From assembly GCA_010909165.1 (NCBI GenBank), contig MU008189.1:124001-188000 (forward strand): a DNA stretch of 64,000 bases, in the 5' to 3' direction. Shown here in pieces: positions 11,705 to 22,209 of this stretch; position 1 is the stretch's first letter, and the number at the start of each line of letters is the position of its first letter. Position numbers and translations under genes: made by a program. The stretch comes from Anthoceros angustus. Its lineage: Eukaryota > Plantae > Anthocerotophyta. The notes under the pieces are model-generated. The model searched no databases, had not been told where the DNA came from, and worked only from the letters and a program-made list of their open reading frames with translations.

Positions 11705-13241
11705 ATGAGGGCTGACTGGCCAGCCTTGGCCCTGCATCTGCCATGCTCTTGCAACACGCCAACAGGGCGGTTGATCAAGGAGCATGCTTCCTCAGGAAGC
11801 AGAAGGAAAGCCGAAGCGGGTTCTGGCTCCAGGACGTTCGAGGAACTGTTGCTGTTCGAGAGGAAGGGCCATGTATGCCTCAGGGGCTTCCTACCTCCTG
11901 ACAGAGTCCAGGCTTTGGAACCCGTGCTTCTGCAAAGAGCTCAGGTGAACATGCTGCAAGCCTTCAGGCACCGGATATCGGTGCTATGTCCAGGGGTCGA
12001 TCCTTTCAGTGCCAAGACGGTGACGGAGGCGGAAAACATCATCCGACTCAAGGTGCTTTCTTTCGCATTCAGCCCTGTGGCAGCTGATCCGGTCTGGGTC
12101 TGGTCACCCCAGCCATGTGGACTTCCTAATACTTTGCAGTGTGCAGGGAAGGGATGAGCTCGGCTTCCTGCAAATGTTCAATCTTCACCGAGAGAGCGAA
12201 CTTCTGCTGCAGTTTGCGCTGGACCATGCTCTGTGCAGAACAGTGGCCGAGCTGCTGGGTGTGAAACGAGTATGTGCTGCTCGCAACGAGCCATCACAAC
12301 ATCATCATCTGCTTCCTTCAAGTCCCATAAGCTAATTCTTGCATGCGTTCACTACAAGCGATCTGCCAGGTCCGCCTCTACCAAGATTGTCTCTTCCTCA
12401 AGCTACCTGGCTTTGGAGTCACAAACTGGCACTCTGATCTGAACATGGTTCCTCTGGATACCAACTCCTTTCTGACTGTCTGGATTCCCTTGCGAACATT
12501 ATCCAGCTCAGACTCCAGTCTGCATTTTGCCTCTGGTAATAACCTTGATACTTTCCTTCAAGACATGGCCTGGTGTTGTTCCAAATTTTCTTTCTCACAG
12601 TGTCAGTTCTCAGGATCCCATCGAGATTTCGCATTGCCGTACTGGCAGTCCAATGAAGGAATGGCGCGGCTAGAAGGCAGGGGTTATCCCATTCAAAGCT
12701 ACAACAATCTTGCCCTGGGTGACATGTGAGTGCACAAGCCTGTGGAATCCTGGTTTTCAGACTCGACATACGTGCTTACTGATCCGTGCTCATCTGGTTG
12801 GTTGGTTGGTCGGGCTTGGATCTCTTTTGGAACAGCACCATCCACCATGGCTGGACTCTTCATTGGGCTCCACCGCAGCCAGCCGGGCCTCTGTCTCGAC
12901 CTGCATGGACAATTAGCTACTTTGCTGATGGAGCCCGAGTTCTATCCACCAAGCATTTACGGTGCTTCTGTCCAGCTTTGTCTTTGTGCTTGGCTTGGAC
13001 CTTCTCTTCGTCTTTTTTTTTTTCCTTTTGTTCTGGATGATTGCTTGGAGGGCAGCCCTTTTTGATCTGAGGGCTTTTTTTTTCCCTCTATTCATTTATT
13101 CCCTTGAGCAGGAGAAAGCTGCAAGATGAGGACAACTGGAGTTTCCAAATTTGGAGAAAGCAAGTGAAGGAGGGACAGAAGGCACAACACCCTTTGCTTC
13201 CTTTGGTATACAGTGAGAAAGGAGGATCAAGGTTACAATGA
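11705..13241 (+). CDS. Phytanoyl-CoA dioxygenase (PhyH) family Fe(II)/2-oxoglutarate oxygenase, multi-exon
   Basis: FERKGHVCLRG, VRLYQDCLFLK, TNWHSDL (HxD motif), FLTVWIPL, HHGWTLH (distal His), R.AWTISYFADGARV. Confidence 0.8.
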
Positions 13242-13355
13242 GGCAAGTCCTTGCGGGACATCATACTGAACGTATGAGCCAAATTGAATGTAACAAAAAT
13301 CACAACTGGAATGATTCACTAACTTCTACTTTCAAATTCTGCAATTTCTGTTTAT

Positions 13356-14271
13356 TCAGCAGATGGTGACGGTGGAGGGAACGCAGCCAGTATTGCAGCA
13401 CTTGCTGCGATCTGCAGGGCAATCCGAATCTTGTTCGCACTCGCCCTGGCACATGCCACTACTGCAGTAAGAGGGAGATTCTGGGTGCAGAGTTCGGCAG
13501 ACATGGCCACATCCGCCACAGTTGTTGACATCCAGCAACAGGTTCAGACATGTTTTGCCGTCACAGCAGGCTGAGTGCACGTCACTGCATTCGGAGCTGG
13601 AGTTACAGGACTCCACACAAGCAGAGTTGATGCAGGAACTGTTGGCTGGGCAGACGTTCCCACAGAAGTTGCAGTTTGCTGAATCAGAGCTGGTGTCTGA
13701 ACAGAGATTGGAGCAGCACCACTGGTTTGGACGGCACTCCCGGTCTTCATGGCAGGAAGCTGTACCAGGAGGAGGACGGCGGACGGGTGGAGGAGGCGAA
13801 GGAGGAGGTAATGGAGGAGGGAGTCTGCGTACACACTTGCCTTTAGAACAGGTGAATTTATACCCACAGGAGTTGGTGCAGGAGCCACAGTAGCCTGGGC
13901 TTGAGGTCAGATCCACACACGCATGTGTCTTGGACACTACGATGTCCAGAATCGAGTGTATCACTCCTGGTCGTCTGGTGCAACATGTTCTTGGCAGAAG
14001 AGCTCCTCTTACGTTCACAACTTGGAATTTCTCGCACGCACGAACCTGCAGCATTTACCAGCATACCATCAGGATGGACTGAACAGATATTTTAGTAGAC
14101 CATGTTGATTGCAAAATGAGAAGGACGGACTTTGCTAAGTGGGCAATTGCTGGATGACTGCGGCGAAGAAGCCTGAGCTAGCCCAGCTCCAGTTCCTCCT
14201 GACTTGGAGCACAGAGGCGTCAGACAAGTTAGCACTAGCAAACTGAGCTTTAGCATTGCAAAGTACATCAT
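13356..14271 (-). CDS. Secreted Cys-rich protein with three STIG1-like repeats and a Pro-rich linker; one intron of about 85 nt
   Basis: Signal peptide MMYFAMLKLSLLVLTCL; a GT..AG intron joins PLSK|VRACEK in frame. Repeats: CVDLTSSPGYCGSC, CCSNLCSDTSSDSANCNFCGNVC, CCDGKTCLNLLLDVNNCGGCGHVC. Confidence 0.75.
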
Positions 14272-15503
14272 TGTTCCGCTACAGGACATGCACAAGAAGC
14301 CTGAAGACGAGAAACTCTCCGGTTGCAGCAACAGTACCTCTTCTTATATCTCACGCCCGCTTGCAACCAGGACCACTATCAAGAATCTGCCCCATCAACA
14401 AGCCGGCTGTACGAAAGCATTTGTGGACAGCGGTCACTCCTTGAAACTTTTAGGGAAACGATTGTCATGGAACGCGAAAAATGACAAAGTGATACTAACG
14501 TTGTTGGACCCCAAAAATCCAAACTATGTGGAGATTGTCCTTCTTAGGCCCAGCTTTTCATCATGTGTCATCCCCAGAAGGGCACATATGTGTAGTCACA
14601 GAGAAAGCTGTGCAGATCCACAGATTGGCATTGGCTTTGCCACAATCACCAGCTTTGGCCTCCAGGGAAGACTCACAACGCACAAACATATAGACATCGT
14701 AGTCAGGCGCAAAACATCTTAAAACCTACTTGAGATCATCGGCACCAAAAAAATCCTAATCCTTCCCGCTGACGTGGTTGTTAGCTAGATAGCCTTTTAC
14801 AGTGCACTTCACCATTAGCTTTAGTTACGGGTAAGAATTATCGAACTTCCTCATTCAGAAATTGCCAAAGTCCAGCCGGTCCACCGCGGACCCTCCCGGA
14901 ATTCGGGCTCAACTCTGGCCAATTTCTGCATGTCTCTTGTCATAGTCCCGCGGGGAATTTAGGGTCTGGACGGGTTCGGCCACGTCGCCGTCCTGCCCGC
15001 CGCTTGGTCGACAGCACATTTTGTTGCGTTTCCCATAAACCTTTTCACTCTTCTATGTTCAATCTCAAACCTTCCACCTGTTAGAAGCTTGGATAGCTAG
15101 GATAGCTAGGATAGCTTCGAGAGCACATTTTTGAACAAGTCCCATTTTTGGTGCATTTACCTCTGAATTCTTCTTGGTGCTTCATTGTTGTCAGGCTACA
15201 GTTCTGCTCTCCATTTTGGTGCTTGGTTCTTGCTCGTCTTAGGTGAGGATTTTGATCCATAAACTGACTCCCAATGATTTAAAAAACATGGTAGACACGA
15301 TCAACAGGGACTGAATAAATACATATATCTCAGGCTGATGGGAACAACACTAGGGAGTACTCACAGCGGTAGATGTGCTTTTACGTCGGCTGCCGAAAGC
15401 TGTGGACGATGTTAGCAGCACATGATGGTTCATTTTGACCCTGGGGCTTGACAATAACGCATAGAGGGAGCCGGAGGCTCATTGCCTCTGGAACTGGAAA
15501 TGG

Positions 15504-17468
15504 CTATAGACAACCTTGAAGGAGTTCTTGAACAAACTTCGTGTGACTTTTTTCTCCCTGAAGTTTCTCCAACTGACAACATTTTCACTGTCAGACAAGG
15601 AGGAGGAGAGTTTGGGAATAATCAGCTGTCACAAGGAAGACCCAAGAAAGCACAAGGAATGTCACTCTTCAAAAGCGTAGATACCTCGTGGTATGGGACA
15701 GACACAACTCTCCAACCTGCAGCTGTCAGATGCCTCGTCTTGAGAAGAGTATGGCCCAGTGGTGAACCTACAGTAACGTGGCAAGGCATAAGAAGGTACG
15801 GATGGCGTTCAAACCACCATGGAGATATTCGCACGCTCGAATGTGACCAGCGAAGTACCAAGTCAGAAAGGGAACATAAAAGAAGATTTTTGCCAACCAA
15901 CCTGTGTTCCGGGCAAAGTGTGAAGGACCGTCGATTTCCACAGCAATGCTCCGATGCACAAGAGCCAGATCTACGGAGTAATGAGCTGCAGTGTACTCCG
16001 CCTGAAACTGAAGCCCGGCACCCATGAGCAGATATCGAATTTCCTTCTGCAAAGCAGACGTGAGCAACGACCCCCTCTTTTCCTTGCTCCACGCTGCCGA
16101 AGCTGCCTCTTCCAAACAGCTTGCCAGCCGCAAGTGCACATCGGGGTACTCCAATTCAAGAGTAAGCTTCACCTGATACAACTGGGACAGGGACCTGTTC
16201 GTCAAGGCAACATCTCCGCATGCCTGTGACTGATGGTCCACACAGGAAACTTTCGCCCAGATTCTTGCGAATGACGGTCTGCGTAACTCGTTCAGGACAG
16301 AATAGGCCCATGAAATGACAGCCAAATGATCCAAGTTAAAACTATCGAACATTCCAGATCCTTGCCTTACAATGTCAGGCTTCAGATGAGCCGGTCTAGA
16401 AACAGGATTCCGCGTGCCCTCAGACTGAGCAACATTTCCACCTACACAGTCTTCGGAGATCAAGTCTAGAGCATCCAGCAAGGGAGATGCAGAGTGACAT
16501 AATGAAGCGAAAGCCCAAAGCAACTGTGCCAGCTCTTGAGGCTGAAATCTACCAGCAACTAAACCGGCTCGCTGGGCCAATCCTTGAAACAGCGAATGAT
16601 TAGCAAGCCTCATAGCAGCATACGCTCCAGCAACATTCGCAATATGCTGAGGCTGCAACTCACAAAGCCGGTCCAACGCTGCAACTCCAACCACCTCCAT
16701 TTCATCAGCGTACAACAAGCTCCCTCCCACCTTGGAGAGAGCCCAGGCAATGTTGGAAACTCCACGAGCGGAACAACTCCTCACGACACTCACTGCTCCT
16801 CGCACCAACTGGACCATCTCCTGCCTCCGCGCAAAGCCAAGTCTGTCGCTTCTGGACATACACACTCTCTCCATGTGCCTCGCAATCCTGTGAAGAGCAG
16901 TCGCAGCATTGACAGGAGTAAGCAGTTGCAACCCCTCATTCCGTGCACGTGCCAGTGCATCTCCAACAAGAACAAGTATCGCCTCACAATCACCGGCCTG
17001 AACAAGCCCTTCATGGAGCCTGCGTTCACCATCCTCTCGTGCCAAAGTAGTAACCCCCTCGTCCACCACCACAACCTCACTCTCTCCCGGTGGCCAGCAA
17101 ATATTGCTAACACCCCTCCCACCCACAAAGCTATCCTCCCCCCTAGCAACCCCCTTCTTCCTCCGCCCTCTCCTCCCCGTTCTCCTCAGACTATCCAAAG
17201 ACACGAAACTGGGATCCCGCAACCTCAGTGCTTGCAACGCCTTCTCCCTAGCTCTGTTTGCCCAATCAACATCACTCCTCCCAGACAACGCCCCTTCCCG
17301 TTCCCCCTTCCCATTCCACCTCCCGGCATCACTTCCTCCCCAACACTCCTCCTCACATTCATCCCCTCCCCTACCTAAAACCCTACCTACACCCCCACAC
17401 CTCACCCAACCCCCCCACCTCGGAACTACCAAACACGACGAAGCAACAACAGCACAACAGGCCGCCAT
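15504..17468 (-). CDS. RAP: Plastid RAP-domain / OPR-like RNA-binding protein (homolog of Arabidopsis RAP)
   Basis: PVNAATALHRIA, SNIAWALSK, QPQELAQLLWAFA, YSVDLAL...IAVEIDGPSHFARNTG, then PLGHTLLKTRHLTAAGWRVVSVPYHE. Confidence 0.88.
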
Positions 17469-17485
17469 TGCGCCACCCCGCCGTC

Positions 17486-18028
17486 CTAACACCTCCCGTC
17501 CGTCAAACTAAAGGGCCGCATCGGGTCATCCAAGTTCCTCCTCGCAGCTTCCGGCTCAAACCTCCCCTTCCGCTCCCTAGCCTTCATCTCCCGCCTCATA
17601 TGCTTCTCCAGCTCCCGATCGAACTCCGCGTCCGCCTGCCTCTCCATCTCCTTCATGATATCCCTGTCCAGGCTCCGCTGCAGCTCCTTGAACACCTCCC
17701 GGTTCCAAGCCGCATCCGCCTGCCGGGCCAGCTCCTTCTCATTCTCCCGGAACAGCTGCCGGAATATCTGCCTGTCCAGCTGCCGCTCTATCTCTCGATG
17801 CACCTGCCCGTCGATGGCCCTGCGTACATGCGCGTCGATGAGCCGCTCCGCTTCCTCATCCGAGATAGAGTCCCCTTCCTCGGAAGCTTCTCGACCCCCA
17901 CCGCCGCCTCCACCGTTGGCAGCAGGAGCAGCTTCGGACTCGGCAGCCTTGCTCAGCTGCTTGTCAATGAGATTGTACACCTTCCTCTCCAGCTCCTTCA
18001 GAGCCTCCTCACCGGCGCCTGCTTCCAT
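17486..18028 (-). CDS. Orphan 180-aa charged helical/coiled-coil protein
   Basis: Intact ATG-to-TAG ORF with coding-like composition, rich in E/R/K, and internal RQLDRQIF / RSLDRDIM / RQADA repeats. No family recognised. Confidence 0.55.
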   Translation of the reverse strand: MEAGAGEEALKELERKVYNLIDKQLSKAAESEAAPAANGGGGGGGREASEEGDSISDEEAERLIDAHVRRAIDGQVHREIERQLDRQIFRQLFRENEKELARQADAAWNREVFKELQRSLDRDIMKEMERQADAEFDRELEKHMRREMKARERKGRFEPEAARRNLDDPMRPFSLTDGRC

Positions 18029-18179
18029 TCCTGGCCTCGGTCCGCTCTTTCTGCCACACAGCCCGCTCTTCCTCCGCCGCAGCGCCCACTAAATCCCACC
18101 CGCCAGCATCTCTAGATCTTTCCTTCCGTCCTTCTGATATTTCTGACCCTGCCTCCAATCGGGACACACACACATTATC

Positions 18180-18275
18180 TACTCATTCATCAGCCATTCA
18201 TCAGTCTTTCATCCATTCATCAGCCATTCATGCATTCATCAGGCATTCATCCATTGATCGGCCATTCATGTATTC
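18180..18275. repeat. Degenerate CATTCAT(CAGC) minisatellite
   Basis: About 8 imperfect cattcat units in a row. Confidence 0.75.
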
Positions 18276-18542
18276 GTAATAAACAACGCAAGCAGAATAA
18301 CACTTACGCAAGTGTGAAAGTAGATAAATACAATACGAGCTATGCCCCACCAGTGAGGGTGGCTAGGGATTCGATGCTCGTGGAGGATGGATCACTGCTT
18401 CTGTTGGCGGAGGAAGGTAGCCTTGTTGAATCGGACCGGGATGAGAGTTGCCGGAATCCCTCCGCCTGCAAGACTCAGAAAACTTAAGGCCGAGCTGATT
18501 GCTGGAGACAGCGATGATCTGAGATCTGAAATCTTTCCATTG

Positions 18543-19687
18543 CGGGTCTCAATCTGTTCGTGCTGGTGCACGGGGCCTGGTGCTGGGACAGGATTGTGCA
18601 TCTGCTGCAACTGGCCACAAAGTGTCAGCACTGGATCTTGCAAGCGCTGGGAAGGACAGGGCGGATCGTAACACACTGGAAACTCTACACCAGCTGGCTG
18701 CTCCTCTCATCTCCTTCCTCCCGGCTCTTCCGGACTCCGAGAAGGTACCCGGAGCTGTGCAAAAGATGCCATCCCTTTGGTCTGTGTATGCCTTATACAA
18801 ATTCTGGAGTCGACAGCCTCAGCCATGACCTAGATGCATCGACTTATCACGCATAGATTGCATGTCCTGCTGGAGGTGGTCTTGGTGGTTCACAGGATGG
18901 GGGGATTGAGTGGCACGCTTGCCATGGAGCTCCTCCCCGACAAGATCGCAGTCACCGTCTTCCCGGCTGTTTTGATGCTTCCCAATCCTGACCACCAAGA
19001 CGCTGGCGATCTCCTCAAGGTTCATAGCTCTGATATCACATCTTGTTCTTGTCTGATTTCTCTCTGAAACTGAATTCCATGCGGGTTCTTGATTCTCCGC
19101 CTGCTGTAGACTCATCCCTTCCATCCCTGGCCTTGTTACTTGCCACCAGACCATCGCAACCGTCTTCGCGAAAGGGGCGCGCAACTCGCGCAACTCGCGC
19201 AACTCTCTACCTTGACTTTCGGGAACGGGCCCGAGAAGCCACCTATCTCAATGCGGTGGCGCCTGGGGGCTGTGAAGGACATCTTTATACCAGTTATCTC
19301 CATCGCAGGTTTGCTCGATCGGAACTCTTTCAAATGATTCAGCAGAGCTGCAACGTGAATCTTTGGAACGCACCCGATCCGTCCCAAACTCTTACTGATT
19401 TGTCACACCTTACTGATGAACTTTTTCAGGATGTCGCTTTAGCGCAGCTGTGCCTCAAGGCGTTTCCTCCATTGAAGCTGACGGACTTCCTTATCTCAAC
19501 CACTCGAAAGAGATGCGGGAGCGTGCCCAACATCGAATGTGATGTCGGCAGGAGCGGCGTTCTAGAGCTTGCGGATCTCATGTGCCAGGCGATTCCACCA
19601 AAGCAACGCATTGCAGTGCATGCGGATCACAGGCCCTTCTTCTCAGCTCCTGCCGACCTTGTCGCTCACCTTTCCCTCATTGCTTAA
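18543..19687 (+). pseudogene. Methylesterase (MES/SABP2-like alpha/beta hydrolase) pseudogene
   Basis: FVLVHGAWCW, GHKVSALDLASAG, LAMELLPDKIAV, FGNGPEKPPIS, DVALAQLCL, GSVP and ADHRPFFSAP are spread over different frames. The nucleophile motif GHSLGG reads VHRMGG. Confidence 0.8.
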
Positions 19688-20148
19688 ACTTACGGCAGCA
19701 CTGTACTTCGTCACCATTCAATTGCCCGCCTGTAAGAGGAGTTCGAGGCTTCCGACCTTGTGTTTGTGTGCTCGGAACCTGCGATTTCGCAAGAACACTT
19801 CAGATGAAAGGAACAAACTTAGCTGAACGTTTTGTCAATAAGGTTCGGAATGCACATTCCGTACTCGTCACGGAATGTACATACATGGTGACGAGCAAGT
19901 AGCAACGCAGTTAACTAGCAGCTCAGTTAACTAACCTTGAACTTCCACGTTTAGGGTTACAGCCACATTCTTGTAATGAGATAACATCTTCTAGATGATT
20001 CCACCGGCAGGGGAAAGAGAGGGTGCTGTTTGGATGTTTCCATTAGGGCTCCATTTCGAACGGCGGTAGTGTAGTGTGTGCTGTGCAGGACTGCAGCGAT
20101 CGGGTGGCCTCGTCTCGTGTACGCGAGCTAGGGGGTGTCAGTCTGCCC

Positions 20149-21404
20149 ATGGCCACTAAGCTCAGTCGTTGCTTCGCAGCCTTGGCGGTCGGTGGCGGTA
20201 CCTTCCGGGTGCCATTGAGGCAGACGCAGGCTCGGACTTTGTTTCTGCGGCGGCCAGTGGCGAAGCCATTCTTCACGGGTCTCGGTGTTCGCGTCTCCAT
20301 TGCCGTGCCACCAATGTGCTTGCTGAGTGAAACAATTTTTGTTGTAGTGACGGGGAAATGCGGTGATGTGTTGGTGCAGGACGGAGAAGCTGCGGGCCTG
20401 CAGTAGCGGTGTGTCGAGTCTGGCCTGCCGGCGGTAGAGGAAGGAGTAGGTGTTACGTTGCGCAGGCGCAGGGTGATGTGCCTGTCGCTGCAAAGCTCGC
20501 GGAAGAGGTCTCGAGTCAGTCTGCTCCGGTCCAAGAAGCTGAAAATGTTGTCGTTCCGGAAATTCGAGATCAGGAGATAGATGCTGGCAGGTTCGGAGGG
20601 GAATTCTCTGAGGTTCAAGAGGCTGAGTTTGAGGATGTGGAAGGGGATTCTGATGTCAGGGCTGAAGGAGCTGATGATGGTGAAGAAGATGCGGAAGGCG
20701 GCGAGAAGAAGTCGGAGGAGTCCGGGAAGGTTTCAATCAAGCTTCCGCATATCCCGATTCCGGAAGCTCGAGATGCTTTCATGGCATTGATCAATGCAAA
20801 GTGGACGGATATGGATCTGGAGACGAAGTCCAAAGTGATGTCTGCTCTGGGGACGAGAAACGGTACGCTGCTGGACTGCTGGGATGCTTACCACGACGTG
20901 CTTAAGTATTATGAGAGCTTCCAGAAGCTGACCAAAGCATTGGACGAGGCCCGTGTGGTGCGAAGACCTACCTACCTGCTTGTGTGTCACTCTGTTATTG
21001 GCTCGCTTGCTAAGCTCCAGCTCTGATCGTCACATTGTATCTTGCTTTGTCTGCAGTCCAACACGTTGCCTCCGGAGCTGTTGAACGACGTTGTTACGGC
21101 TTTCATGAAGTATAACAAGCTTCTGAGTGACTATGAAGAGGATGGCCAAGAGTACCTCAGGCAGAAAACTGCCGGGGAGCTGGGAGCGTCTATGAAGACG
21201 CTGCAGGAAGCGATGGACAATTTCACCAAGGCTTCAAGGAAGTCGTCCAAGAAGGGGGACTCGAGTGACCCATACGGCTACAACATGAACGACATGTTTG
21301 ACGAGTATTATGACAATTACTACAAGGAGAACTACATGAACAGCTACAAGAACAACAACACATCTCCCAAGACCAGCCCCAGGAGGAAGAAGAAGAGTGG
21401 GTGA
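20149..21404 (+). CDS. Mitochondrial-targeted SDH5-like protein (plant succinate dehydrogenase accessory subunit), divergent
   Basis: Basic presequence MATKLSRCFAAL; two introns. KLPHIPIPEARDAFMALINAKW and LPPELLNDVVTAFMKYNKLL...YLRQKTAGELGASMKTL resemble the SDH5 motifs KLPEI.DPE...AFK.L.A.W and LP......L.T.Y.RY..YL...YL.KKVE.ELG.KM..L (from memory). Confidence 0.55.
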
Positions 21405-22209
21405 TGAATGCCGGCCAGAACGGGGCTTATGTGGAGGAGAGTAGGTGTAGCTCTCAACCATGCAGTATTTTTTTCATCAGGAGCTGAAGTGGTCCAGTTT
21501 TGATTTGGCCCGCTGACAACAGCGTTTGTCCATCGCTTTTCCACTACCTCGTGTACAATTGAGGCTTACTTCTCGTTGTAAACTTGCTGAAATGATAAAC
21601 GCTTTTTGGATTATGCTACGTCACTTCGTACCAGAAGAGTCCCTGGAGCGAGAAATCTCCGAGGCTTCTGCCCTGGAGCGGAAGGTTCATTAAGTTTGGA
21701 GCTGTTAGGAAATTTGCAAACTCCTGGTCGGCCCTTTACATCGTGCGCTGTGTGCCGGGGAACAGTCCGGGAGGAGTAGAACTGGCTTCCGATAAATGCC
21801 CTTTCCGGGAAATTGAATGCAAAGCTCCAGGAAATGAGGGAGCTGAGGTTCATCCTACCTAATTAGTTGGTTAGTGCGCCGAACAAATCCATATACAATG
21901 TTCGGCATCTACTCAGGCTAGCATCCGTTTATGTTCATGATGCCAGCAGATTGTGCTGGCATCTCTCCTGCCGTCTTCCATCCCTGTACCCACCGCGCTC
22001 TGCTGCAGTCGAAGCCCCTCGTTTTGTTCCTTTGCCTGTGCTGCGGTTCCAGCAGATCTTACTCGCCAGTCACATGTGTACAGTTGCAGGAATTGAGTGG
22101 CAGCTCATACCTTCACCTCCACATCTGTTGTCTTGCTGAAGGGGACTTCCTTACCACAGACAAGAACCTTCCTAAGAGCACATGCTCTGACAGCGCCACA
22201 ACCAGCTCC

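Noticed and set aside
14204-14722. 172-aa plus-strand ORF
   Set aside because: Antisense to the start and promoter of the STIG1-like gene; no recognisable features.
15090-15117. (GGATAGCTA)x3
   Set aside because: Trivial microsatellite.
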